DNA of 64,000 nucleotides from Candidatus Spongiihabitans sp. (GTDB lineage: Bacteria; Pseudomonadota; Gammaproteobacteria; Arenicellales; Poriferihabitantaceae). Positions 28,852 to 38,277 of the stretch are shown one piece after another. A program made the position numbers and the translations under genes. The stretch is taken from positions 3,497,283-3,561,282 of the forward strand of contig OZ250151.1 of NCBI GenBank assembly GCA_965237725.1, written 5' to 3'. Positions within the stretch are counted from its first letter, which is position 1, and each line of letters begins with the position of its first letter. Under the pieces are notes generated by a model that worked only from the letters and a program-made list of their open reading frames with translations, had not been told where the DNA came from and made no database searches.

Positions 28852-29778
28852 ATGTCTACACTGATAAAAATTAAAAATCTGAGTAAAACATATAGTGACG
28901 GTTTTACCGCTCTGGATTCAATTAATCTGGACATTGAGGAGGGTGAAATCATTGCCCTCCTGGGCCCCAATGGCGCAGGGAAAACCACATTAATCAGCAT
29001 CATTTGTGGAATTGTGAATCCCGGTTCGGGTAGCATTAGCGTAGATGGAAATGACATTGTTAGAGATTATCGAGAAACTCGAAAACGCATTGGTCTGGTT
29101 CCCCAGGAATTGACCACTGAAGCCTTTGAAAGCGTATTTGATACCGTGTCATATAGTCGAGGACTGTTCGGCCGTGGGCCAAACCCTCAGCGCATAGAAA
29201 AAATTCTAAAAGATCTGTCTTTGTGGGATAAAAAAGATACCCGAATCATGGCACTCTCTGGGGGCATGAAGCGTAGAGTAATGATCGCAAAAGCACTTTC
29301 CCACGAACCGCGAATATTATTTCTGGATGAGCCCACCGCCGGGGTGGATGTGACTTTGAGAAAAGATATGTGGGCATTGATTCGACAGTTACGAGACAGC
29401 GGCGTAACCATTATTCTGACAACCCATTACATCGAAGAAGCGGAGGATATGGCCGACCGTATTGGCGTGATCAGCAAGGGCAGGTTAATTTTGGTTGAAC
29501 AGAAAGCAGAGTTGATGCGCAAATTGGGTAAGAAACGTCTAATCCTTGATTTGCACAATTGTTTGTCTGAATTGCCTGGCAGTCTCGATCAATACGATCT
29601 GAAAATCTCGACCGATGGGAGTCAGCTGATTTATACCTACGACACCCAGAAAGAACGTAAAGGGATTACTTCTCTGTTACACGACTTGAGCCAGTCTGGA
29701 ATAAAGTTCAAAGATCTCAATACCGAACAGAGTTCCCTGGAAGATATTTTTGTCAATCTGGTGGAGCAATCTCAATGA
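28852..29778 (+). CDS. ABC transporter ATP-binding protein (ABC-2 type)
   Basis: Walker [10 protein letters not shown], signature LSGGMKRR and Walker B ILFLDEPT. Confidence 0.9.
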   Translation: MSTLIKIKNLSKTYSDGFTALDSINLDIEEGEIIALLGPNGAGKTTLISIICGIVNPGSGSISVDGNDIVRDYRETRKRIGLVPQELTTEAFESVFDTVSYSRGLFGRGPNPQRIEKILKDLSLWDKKDTRIMALSGGMKRRVMIAKALSHEPRILFLDEPTAGVDVTLRKDMWALIRQLRDSGVTIILTTHYIEEAEDMADRIGVISKGRLILVEQKAELMRKLGKKRLILDLHNCLSELPGSLDQYDLKISTDGSQLIYTYDTQKERKGITSLLHDLSQSGIKFKDLNTEQSSLEDIFVNLVEQSQ

Positions 29779-30536
29779 ACATCCACGGTATGAAGGCGAT
29801 ATATATGTTCGAAATGACCCGGGCATGGCGTACGGTATTCCAGTCCTTGGTTTCGCCGGTCATTTCAACTTCACTGTATTTTGTTGTGTTCGGCTCAGCT
29901 ATCGGTTCGCGCATTACAGATGTGGATGGAATTTCCTACGGTTCTTTTATTGTGCCCGGCCTGATTATGTTGGCGCTCATGACCCAAAGTGTTGCCAATG
30001 CTTCATTTGCCATTTTTTTTCCAAAATTCACCGGTACGGTGTATGAGCTTTTATCCGCACCGATTTCCTATTTTGAAATTGTTCTCGCGTACGTTGGTGC
30101 GGCTGCAACCAAGTCTCTGATAATCGGCGTGGTGATTCTGGCCACCGCGGGAATATTTGTGCCCATCGAGATTGCCCACCCGGGATGGATGATTCTGTTT
30201 TTGGTACTAACTGCTTTTACATTTAGCTTGTTTGGTTTCTTAATTGGAATCTGGGCGGATAGTTTTGAGAAATTACAAATTATTCCGTTGCTGGTTGTGA
30301 CCCCACTGGTATTTCTCGGCGGCAGTTTTTATTCGGTAAATATGCTGCCTGAGTTATGGCAAAAAATTACATTGCTCAACCCTGTATTGTATCTGGTGAG
30401 CGGATTCCGCTGGAGTTTCTATGAAATTTCCGATGTCAGTGTCATTACAAGCTTGTTGATGGTGATATTTTTTCTGATTGTCTGTATTGCTCTTGTGTGG
30501 TGGATTTTTAAAACGGGTTACCGGTTAAAACAATAA
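29775..30536 (+). CDS. ABC-2 transporter permease
   Basis: 253 aa with 6 TM segments. Its start overlaps the ATPase stop by 4 nt (translational coupling). Confidence 0.8.
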   Translation: MNIHGMKAIYMFEMTRAWRTVFQSLVSPVISTSLYFVVFGSAIGSRITDVDGISYGSFIVPGLIMLALMTQSVANASFAIFFPKFTGTVYELLSAPISYFEIVLAYVGAAATKSLIIGVVILATAGIFVPIEIAHPGWMILFLVLTAFTFSLFGFLIGIWADSFEKLQIIPLLVVTPLVFLGGSFYSVNMLPELWQKITLLNPVLYLVSGFRWSFYEISDVSVITSLLMVIFFLIVCIALVWWIFKTGYRLKQ

Positions 30537-30592
30537 CCACGCAGAATAACAAAATCCGCTGACCGACAATTATTTCTGGATGACTATTTCCA

Positions 30593-31486
30593 ATGAATAA
30601 GCTGTTTAAGAATGATACCCAGTTGGGTATTGCCATGGTTATGTTCGGGCTGGGTGTTGCTGCCTTTACCGGTTCGATGATGAAATTCCTTGCTAATGAT
30701 TTGAATGCATTTCAAATAACCTGGTTTCGATTTCTTGGGTATGCGCTGATTTTATTACCCATTGTCGCTATTCGTGTTGGACGATCGGCGATTAAACCCG
30801 GGCGAATAGGGATGCAAATTTTTCGCGGTGTGACTCTGGCTACAGCAACTACTGCATTTGTGGTTGGCGTAAAAACTATCGATTTTGCAGATGCCATCGC
30901 AATCCTCTATGCCTATCCGTTTTTGATTACCATTCTGGCAGTGTTTTTTCTGGATGAACGTGTGCCCTGGATCGGCTGGATTGGGGTTATTGGCGGGTTC
31001 GTTGGCGTGTTGCTGGTTATGCGCCCTGAATTCGATAACTTTAATGTTGGTTCATTATATGTATTTTTGTGTGCCGTGATTATCAGCATACAGATGATAC
31101 TGAATCGGAAACTCGGCTATCGGTCCCATCCCCTGGCGACTTCAATCTGGGGTGCGGTTGTTGCAACAATTTTGCTTTCTTTCATCGTACCGTTTTACTG
31201 GCAGCCTATAAATCTGAATCAATTCTGGTTGCTCTGTCTGATGACTTTTACCGGAGCGGTTAACCAGACCTGTCTGGTATATGGATTTTCAAAAGCCAAG
31301 GCCTCCACACTTGCGCCCTTTACCTATTTTGAAATTGTAGCTTCGGTATTTATTGGCTTTTTCATGTTTGGTACGTTGCCCGATTGGGTTTCCTGGATAG
31401 GAATCGGACTGATAATTGCCAGCGGATTACTGGTTGCACATTCCCTTGCAGGTGGGCACACTCCCCGTCGCATTCCGAAATACTAG
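30593..31486 (+). CDS. EamA/DMT-family transporter
   Basis: 297 aa with 10 TM segments. Confidence 0.75.
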   Translation: MNKLFKNDTQLGIAMVMFGLGVAAFTGSMMKFLANDLNAFQITWFRFLGYALILLPIVAIRVGRSAIKPGRIGMQIFRGVTLATATTAFVVGVKTIDFADAIAILYAYPFLITILAVFFLDERVPWIGWIGVIGGFVGVLLVMRPEFDNFNVGSLYVFLCAVIISIQMILNRKLGYRSHPLATSIWGAVVATILLSFIVPFYWQPINLNQFWLLCLMTFTGAVNQTCLVYGFSKAKASTLAPFTYFEIVASVFIGFFMFGTLPDWVSWIGIGLIIASGLLVAHSLAGGHTPRRIPKY

Positions 31487-31545
31487 GGAAACCCTGACCA
31501 AACTAGGGTCTACCTGGCCGACCTTCCCGTTAATAGTGCCCGCAT

Positions 31546-32457
31546 ATGAAAAACAAAGAAGCTACCTCGGCCATGGCGATGATGATAGTGGCAATGTTAA
31601 TGCTGCCCGGGCTGGATGCCATTGCAAAATGGCTATCGGGTTCAATTTCTTCCGGGCAAGTGACCTGGAGTCGTTTCGCATTTCAGATTCTTTTAATGAC
31701 ACCGTTGTTACTACGAACTCAAGGTCCCTGGTTCAATCGGACCCTGTATCTACATGCCGTCCGGGGCGCATTAATTGCCGGGGCGACGCTGTTATTTTTT
31801 AGTGGTTTGGCATATTTACCAATTGCAGATGCCATCTCCATATTTTTTATCGAACCGCTTCTGGTCACATTATTGTCTGCGGTATTCCTCGGCGAGACTG
31901 TTGGTTGGCGTCGACTCTCGGCCATTGCTGTGGGGTTTATTGGTGCATTGATAATTATTCGACCAACATTCGCAGATGTCGGCTGGCCGGTGATGTATCC
32001 CGTGGGGGCAGCAACCTGTTTTACCTTTTACATTTTACTCACCAGAAAACTGGTTGCAAAAGAAGATCCCATTCGGCTGCAGTTTTTTGCGGGCATTTTT
32101 GGATTTCTGGTTATGAGCGTGGCTTTGTATTTTGGCACGATTAATGATGTCGGAATTCTAAGCGCGGTATGGCCGACTCGTTTTCAATGGTTTTTGCTCG
32201 GGGGCTTGGGACTAATCGCCACCATCGGCCACATGCTGGTGGTACTTGCATACCGGCGCGCGCCGGTGAGTGTGCTGGCGCCATTTCAGTATGTGGAAAT
32301 TATTGGTGCAACTGTTTTAGGGTATATTATATTTGATGATTTTCCCGATCTGGTTACCTGGCTGGGAATTACTATTATTGTCGGTTCCGGAATTTATATT
32401 TTTCATCGCGAATCCCAACTACCAGGAATAGATTCAAATCTGGATCTTCCAGGTTAA
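31546..32457 (+). CDS. EamA/DMT-family transporter
   Basis: 303 aa with 10 TM segments. It lies in tandem with the previous EamA gene. Confidence 0.75.
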   Translation: MKNKEATSAMAMMIVAMLMLPGLDAIAKWLSGSISSGQVTWSRFAFQILLMTPLLLRTQGPWFNRTLYLHAVRGALIAGATLLFFSGLAYLPIADAISIFFIEPLLVTLLSAVFLGETVGWRRLSAIAVGFIGALIIIRPTFADVGWPVMYPVGAATCFTFYILLTRKLVAKEDPIRLQFFAGIFGFLVMSVALYFGTINDVGILSAVWPTRFQWFLLGGLGLIATIGHMLVVLAYRRAPVSVLAPFQYVEIIGATVLGYIIFDDFPDLVTWLGITIIVGSGIYIFHRESQLPGIDSNLDLPG

Positions 32458-32781
32458 TTCGCATTCATAACCAACGACGTAAAATTCTCCCGAGTCCCGT
32501 TTGGTCATCTGGGTATCAGGGCGGCCGACTATTTTTGCAATGTCCAAAATAGCGTTACACTGAGGACAGCGCTGGCGCGCGTTTCTGGAAAACCGATCGC
32601 CGCACTGACAATCAGACATGTAATCCTCTATTAGCAGGTCGGAGTCATAATTCGGGGGGATGCTGGATTTGTGTTTGACAACGGAGCGCGCACATTTATT
32701 GCAACGGTAAACGTCAATCCCAACGTGACCGGGTGAATACTCTTTTAATTCAAATTCTGCACTGCACTCCGGGCAAGCCAT
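32434..32781 (-). CDS. zinc-ribbon hypothetical protein
   Basis: 115 aa with CPEC, CNKC, CQC and CPQC pairs. Its 3' end overlaps the convergent EamA gene by 24 nt. Confidence 0.45.
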   Translation of the reverse strand: MACPECSAEFELKEYSPGHVGIDVYRCNKCARSVVKHKSSIPPNYDSDLLIEDYMSDCQCGDRFSRNARQRCPQCNAILDIAKIVGRPDTQMTKRDSGEFYVVGYECELTWKIQI

Positions 32782-32817
32782 TCTGAAATCCCTCGAACCA
32801 GTTAAAACTGAAAAACG

Positions 32818-33792
32818 TTATGACAACAACACTGTGGACCCTGTGGTAGCGCGGGATTCCAAATCACTATGGGCTTTAGCAGTTTCTGACAAAGCATAGG
32901 TCTGGTTAACCGAAATTTTTATGGTCCCAGAACTAACCGCATCAAACAGCCGGTTTGCGCCTTCTTCCAGTAATTCGCGGGTTGCAGTATGGGTCGCCAG
33001 AGTAGGGCGGGTCACATATAACGAACCTTTTGGTGCAAGGATGCCGGGACTGAATGGTTCAACGGGACCCGAAGCATTTCCGTAGGTTACCAACGTACCG
33101 AATGGTGCCAGTGAATCCAGGGAGGCTTCGAACGTTGACTGGCCAATGGAATCATAAGAAACCGCTACGCCGTTGCCGTCAGTAATTTCTTTTACTCGTT
33201 GGGCGATATCTTCCTGTTTGTAATTTATAGTATGGTCCGCACCATTAGCCCTTGCCAGTTGAGATTTTTCTCCGGAACCAACGCAGCCGATTACCGTAGC
33301 GCCAAGGTGTTTTGCCCATTGACAGAGAATCAAACCCACACCTCCCGCTGCCGCCATCACCAGGATGGTATCCCCGGGCTTAACTGCATAGGTCCGAAAT
33401 AACAGGTAGTGGGCAGTGAGACCTTTGAGCATCATCGCAGCGGCTGTTTGGTCGTCTATACCGTCGGGTAATTTTAATAACTTTTCAGCAGCAACGTTAC
33501 GCAATTCCACATAAGCGCCTGGCACCATACAATAGGCAACCCGGTCTCCAATGGACAAACTGCTAACGCCATCACCTACAGCCTCAACTACCCCTGCGGC
33601 TTCCATTCCCAGCACTGCAGGCATATTCGCCATGGGATATAAACCAGTACGCATATAGACATCGATAAAATTCAGTCCGATGGCGGTTTGTTTAATTTGT
33701 GCTTCGCCAGGGGCTGGATCGCCAACGCTGATTTCGTCCCAACTCAATTTATCTGCGCCACCAACTTCGTGGATACGTATGGCGTGTGTCAT
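32818..33792 (-). CDS. qor: NADPH:quinone oxidoreductase (zeta-crystallin/MDR family)
   Basis: GLNFIDVY, the AAGGVG nucleotide motif and overall MDR architecture. Confidence 0.8.
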   Translation of the reverse strand: MTHAIRIHEVGGADKLSWDEISVGDPAPGEAQIKQTAIGLNFIDVYMRTGLYPMANMPAVLGMEAAGVVEAVGDGVSSLSIGDRVAYCMVPGAYVELRNVAAEKLLKLPDGIDDQTAAAMMLKGLTAHYLLFRTYAVKPGDTILVMAAAGGVGLILCQWAKHLGATVIGCVGSGEKSQLARANGADHTINYKQEDIAQRVKEITDGNGVAVSYDSIGQSTFEASLDSLAPFGTLVTYGNASGPVEPFSPGILAPKGSLYVTRPTLATHTATRELLEEGANRLFDAVSSGTIKISVNQTYALSETAKAHSDLESRATTGSTVLLS

Positions 33793-33891
33793 TGTTGTTC
33801 TCCTGTACTATTGCTAGCTGTTTTGAAGCGGTAGAGTATAAACAAAAATTAGAGAAAAGTAGTGCGTGAGGTTGAGACAAACCGAGTCAGG

Positions 33892-34347
33892 TTATTCGGG
33901 TTCATCTCCGAGCAAATATCGGGGCCCGGAGCCAAGATTGGCGGCCTGATCGTCGGCGTTGTATAAGGCACAACGCTTTAACGACAAACAACCGCAACCA
34001 ATACAACCCGCCAGTTTTTCTCGCATAATCTGCAATTGACTGATGCGATCATCGAGTTGAACTTGCCAGTTCCTTGAAAGTTTTTCCCAGTCTTTTTTGG
34101 TGGGTGTGCGCCGGTCTGGCAGGGTGTCGAGGGCAGCACCAATCTCTTTCAAACTCAGACCGAGGGATTGCGCAATTCGGATTAACGAAATCCGTCTTAA
34201 CATGGCGCGATGATATTGCCTCTGATTGCCACTACCGCGCCTGGATTTTATCAAATCCCGGGTTTCATAAAATCGCAGTGTGGACGTGGCGACACCACTA
34301 CGCCAGGCAGTATCGCCAATACTCAGATATTCATTGGGTTTTGTCAT
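33892..34347 (-). CDS. soxR: redox-sensitive transcriptional activator SoxR (MerR family)
   Basis: MerR HTH (LSIGDTAWRSGVATSTLRFYE) plus the diagnostic 2Fe-2S cluster motif CIGCGCLSLKRC. Confidence 0.9.
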   Translation of the reverse strand: MTKPNEYLSIGDTAWRSGVATSTLRFYETRDLIKSRRGSGNQRQYHRAMLRRISLIRIAQSLGLSLKEIGAALDTLPDRRTPTKKDWEKLSRNWQVQLDDRISQLQIMREKLAGCIGCGCLSLKRCALYNADDQAANLGSGPRYLLGDEPE

Positions 34348-34381
34348 AATATTTGTACCGAAATTAGATAGTATTTTTTAC

Positions 34382-34412
34382 TTGACTTAAAGTTAACTTT
34401 AACTTTTATAAT
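34382..34412 (+). promoter_or_regulatory. SoxR-box promoter: TTGACT, 19-bp spacer containing the perfect palindrome TTAAAGTTAACTTTAA, then TATAAT
   Basis: Read directly from the 98-bp soxR/Rieske divergent intergenic region. The overlong 19-bp spacer with a central palindrome is the hallmark of MerR/SoxR-activated promoters. Confidence 0.75.
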
Positions 34413-34445
34413 CCCAATATTCAACCTGGTCCTGGAAATCTAAAA

Positions 34446-36068
34446 ATGAACACAATTGCCACAACAGCAGAAAAAATAGAACCAACCAAAATTACATCGG
34501 AAAATGAAATCTGGTGTATGACAACGACAATCGCGGAACTTGAAAGCGAAGGGATGTTAATGGTGCGGATTGAGGGCAAACAAATCGCTCTGTTTAAAAC
34601 AAAGGAAGGTGTTCGAGCCTGTGATAATCGATGTCCCCACGAGGGCTTTCCACTTTCTCAGGGAAGTCTTTCAGATAGCTGTACGTTGACCTGTAACTGG
34701 CACAACTGGAAATTTAATCTCGACACTGGGGATAATCTTTATGGCGGTGACCGGTTGCGCACCTATCCAGTCGAATTGCGTGGAAATGAAATCTGGGTAG
34801 ATATCAGCGATCCGCCTTATGATGAGCGTTATAAATCCATCGTCAATAGTTTGCGTGATGCATTCGAAGATCATGCCTATGATCGCATCGGCCGGGAAAT
34901 TGCACGATTGTTCAAAATTGGTGCGGATCCTCTGGATTCTCTGCGGCTCGCTATTGACTGGTCCTGGCAGCGCATGGAGTTTGGCTGGACCCATGCTTAT
35001 GCGGGAATGATGGACTGGTTAACCCTGTACGACGAGACCGACGACAAAGAGCTTAAGTTAGTCTGTTTAATGGAAAGCGTTGGCCACACGTCTTTTGACG
35101 TACTTCGAGAACCCGAATTTCCCTATACCAAGCGGACCGAGAGTTACGACCAGTCTGGATTTCTTGCGGCAATCGAAGCAGAAGACGAGGACAGCGCGGT
35201 TGCGATGATCCGCGGCGGATTAAAAGATGGTTTGGGTTTTAATGAGTTTGAATTTGGTTTCAGCCATGGGGCTCTAGCTCACTATAATGGTTTTGGTCAT
35301 TCGCTGATTTACGTTTCCAAGGCGGGTGGTTTGATTGAACGTCTCGGAAGTCAGGTTGCAGCGCCATTGTTACTGTCATTGGTGCGGGAACTGATTTATT
35401 CGCCCAGAGAAAATAAAATCCCCGAGTTCAGGCATTATGATACGGCGTTGCAGAAATGGGGTAATCATGACGGCACTGAACCAGATAAAGCGCTCTGGTT
35501 TAAGTTGGGTATAAATAAGGCCCTGGACGCTACGGTAAGTTGCAGTGGAGCGCCTCCAGAGTCAATTTACAGCGAACTGCTGCTGGCAAATGCAGTGAAT
35601 ATGCTCAGATTCGATCTTTCCCAACAGCAGAAAGTACATGTCAGCATTTCGGGTAATGTAGGCTGGCTGGACTTTACCCATGGCCTGACTTTTGCCAATG
35701 CAGTTAGAAAGCAATGCACGCGTTTTCCTGAACTATGGCCCAATGGACTATTACAAATGGCCTGTTTCAGTGGCCGCAATGCTGCATTTACAACAGCTAA
35801 AAACGATTTGGATCAATGGAAAATAGACCATACAAATGGAGAATTCGATAAATTAATTCAGGGCTTGTTCGATCACGGACAGGATGAATATATCGTTTCG
35901 GTACATTTGCTGAAAACTGCATTGGCGGTGCGGGAAGAAATTCAGGCATTGGATTTCGATGATGAAATTCTTGGCGCTACACTCAACCGATTTTTTAACT
36001 CTCCGTTAAAACGCAAACAGGCGCAGCGGACGGCCTATCAGTCTTTACAATTTGTTTCCAAAGAATAA
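34446..36068 (+). CDS. Rieske [2Fe-2S] domain protein with a ~400-aa uncharacterised C-terminal region
   Basis: Rieske ligand motifs CPHEGFPL (CxH) and CNWHNWKF (CxxH) lie near the N-terminus. I do not recognise the remainder. Confidence 0.75.
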   Translation: MNTIATTAEKIEPTKITSENEIWCMTTTIAELESEGMLMVRIEGKQIALFKTKEGVRACDNRCPHEGFPLSQGSLSDSCTLTCNWHNWKFNLDTGDNLYGGDRLRTYPVELRGNEIWVDISDPPYDERYKSIVNSLRDAFEDHAYDRIGREIARLFKIGADPLDSLRLAIDWSWQRMEFGWTHAYAGMMDWLTLYDETDDKELKLVCLMESVGHTSFDVLREPEFPYTKRTESYDQSGFLAAIEAEDEDSAVAMIRGGLKDGLGFNEFEFGFSHGALAHYNGFGHSLIYVSKAGGLIERLGSQVAAPLLLSLVRELIYSPRENKIPEFRHYDTALQKWGNHDGTEPDKALWFKLGINKALDATVSCSGAPPESIYSELLLANAVNMLRFDLSQQQKVHVSISGNVGWLDFTHGLTFANAVRKQCTRFPELWPNGLLQMACFSGRNAAFTTAKNDLDQWKIDHTNGEFDKLIQGLFDHGQDEYIVSVHLLKTALAVREEIQALDFDDEILGATLNRFFNSPLKRKQAQRTAYQSLQFVSKE

Positions 36069-36088
36069 AATTTATACCCGAATATCCC

Positions 36089-37117
36089 TCAAACGATATC
36101 CGTGTTCAATAAACTGGCATCCCAGTTGTCTGGGTCGGTTAAATCAACGCCATTGATATTTTGAAAACTTAATCTTTGGGTATTGAAATTAGTTAGCAAA
36201 TAGGGGCGCTGGGCTGTTTCTATTTCGATGGATACTGCAAATTGGTTTTCCGTCAAAAGTTCAAGTAGGGATGCTGGGATTGCAACCGAGGATATTGCGA
36301 TTGGATTGTGTCTTATAGCTTTAACAATATATTCAACCACTGCGGCGTAAGTTTCATCTGTATCTGCGCTCAGTTGCAGAATACATATCGTATTGGAAGT
36401 TCGATTTCTTCCCAGAATAGCGTAACCACATAATTCCGAATTATCAGCATAAATTACCCGATACTCGCAGCCCGGATTCAATAGACGCCACTTAAAAAAT
36501 TCAGCAGTTTTATATGTGGTTGCAGGGTAAGGGTCGGATTGAACTTGACAATAATGAGCTAACTCATTTTCGCGTAATGGGCCGCTGGATAGTCTAATCC
36601 CCAAAGCTTTAGAAGCTGCACTGGGCAATTGATCCAGATCACTAAAAGGTAAGCCTTGTTTCATCGCACCTCCAGACCCAGATTTGTAATATATATCCCA
36701 CGGTCCAACGGTGAGCCAGTTACGCCGTTGGGATAATCCTGCGACAACAGGCCCAGGGCTGAGATTTATTCCAAAGTCGAATTTTTGCTCCAAAGCCAAT
36801 TCGAACAAGGCATCTGTCATTTTACTCACCAGGCCTCTGCCTTCGTAAGATTCCCGTACCACGGTGCCACCAAAACAGGCCAGCTTTTTTGGTTCTAAAG
36901 ACGCGCCAATTTTCCACTCCAGACCATAGGCATTACGAGTACCCACTACCTCTCCACTGTCTATGGCAACAACAACGAGGGGTTGATCAGAAACCGGATT
37001 TGCAATGTGCTTCCATTTAAATATCTGAGCAAGGCGCTGGGGCGTGGCGCTGGATAGGCGTTGGTATAAGATCAGAAGATCTTCCAGGTAACGAATATGA
37101 AATGGAACAATTTCCAT
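36089..37117 (-). CDS. GNAT-fold acyltransferase-like protein (two-lobed)
   Basis: VVRESYEGRGLVSKM fits the GNAT acyl-CoA-binding R/Q-x-x-G-x-G/A motif. It is the last gene of the 39027->36089 minus-strand cluster. Confidence 0.55.
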   Translation of the reverse strand: MEIVPFHIRYLEDLLILYQRLSSATPQRLAQIFKWKHIANPVSDQPLVVVAIDSGEVVGTRNAYGLEWKIGASLEPKKLACFGGTVVRESYEGRGLVSKMTDALFELALEQKFDFGINLSPGPVVAGLSQRRNWLTVGPWDIYYKSGSGGAMKQGLPFSDLDQLPSAASKALGIRLSSGPLRENELAHYCQVQSDPYPATTYKTAEFFKWRLLNPGCEYRVIYADNSELCGYAILGRNRTSNTICILQLSADTDETYAAVVEYIVKAIRHNPIAISSVAIPASLLELLTENQFAVSIEIETAQRPYLLTNFNTQRLSFQNINGVDLTDPDNWDASLLNTDIV

Positions 37118-37154
37118 AATGTCAGAAATTAACGTTTACGCTATGGTTTAGCAG

Positions 37155-38207
37155 CTATATTTTTAGTCGTTGGAAACCACCCCAATTTTCCAGTGGTTCA
37201 TAATTTTCTGATTCCAGTTGCAGGTCTTTTATAATCAGGCCAATCATGTCTTCGATAAGTTGGTATTTTAGGTTGCCCGAATATTCTGGCGTCATCGCCG
37301 GGCCACGATTACATTCGATAAGCCAGGGCTGCATGTTGCTATCGATCATCATATCCAGACCAATCAATTCGAAGCACATACGTGGGTCACCTAATAACTT
37401 ATTTGTTGTTGCCTGTAATGGTTCAGTGATGGAATTGAGGGTATCTATAAGGATTTTCTCAATTTGCGCCCATGTATTGGATCCGGCGGTTGTTTTTGAC
37501 GCATAGGATTGCCAATATTCAATGGTGCGACAATGAATCTCGGCGTCATAGTCCGGGTGGGTGGATTGGACCCCTGAATTGGTGTTGTACATGTAGTCAC
37601 TGACCAAAGGATCGTGTCCCGGTTCATAGGGAATGACACACAAGTCGGTACAACCTTCATTATATAAATAGGCGGTTAATGGATTGGTATTGACGATCAG
37701 AAGATACAGCCGAAGATTGTATTTACAGCCGTCAATCAAATGAACGTCATCGAGATATTCCTGTACCAGCCATTCCCCCGAGATCGGCATTTCTGACACA
37801 TCATTAACCCGTCTGATATATCTTCCCCAGGATCCACCTCTTGGTTTTATTAGCCATTGACCGCAGTCAAATATTTTCGAGATATCATCCTTTTGATCGG
37901 GCCAAAGATAGCTTTTTGGGAAATATCGCGGAAAATTGTCTTTATCGTGATTATTAGAATAGGCGTTGGAGAGATTTTGAAACAGCGACCACTTGTTGGT
38001 CAGTACAGATATGCCAGGAATATGGTTAATTCTCCGACCGGTAGGGATATGTTTGTAAAAATCCCGGGGTGGTTCTTTGTCGTTGTACCAGAGAATATCC
38101 CAATCGGGTGTTTCAACCTGAATTACGCCGGCGTTTTTGAAACCCTGGATGACAACCTGTGCGGATGGGTCGGATACAGGGCCGACAAATCCAAACTTTG
38201 TTGCCAT
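37155..38207 (-). CDS. tubulin-tyrosine-ligase (TTL/TTLL)-family ATP-grasp enzyme
   Basis: Four serial TTL-family blocks are present: RINHIPGISVLTNKWSLFQNL, WLIKPRGGSWGRYI, VQEYLDDVHLIDGCKYNLRLYLLIV and CFELIGLDMMIDSNMQPWLIECNRGPAM. Confidence 0.8.
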   Translation of the reverse strand: MATKFGFVGPVSDPSAQVVIQGFKNAGVIQVETPDWDILWYNDKEPPRDFYKHIPTGRRINHIPGISVLTNKWSLFQNLSNAYSNNHDKDNFPRYFPKSYLWPDQKDDISKIFDCGQWLIKPRGGSWGRYIRRVNDVSEMPISGEWLVQEYLDDVHLIDGCKYNLRLYLLIVNTNPLTAYLYNEGCTDLCVIPYEPGHDPLVSDYMYNTNSGVQSTHPDYDAEIHCRTIEYWQSYASKTTAGSNTWAQIEKILIDTLNSITEPLQATTNKLLGDPRMCFELIGLDMMIDSNMQPWLIECNRGPAMTPEYSGNLKYQLIEDMIGLIIKDLQLESENYEPLENWGGFQRLKI

Positions 38208-38277
38208 GAAGTTTGTTAGTTAGAAACAAATTCGCATGTTTTGGGTTGTACCAAAAGTAGATCAAATTGTGATCGGG

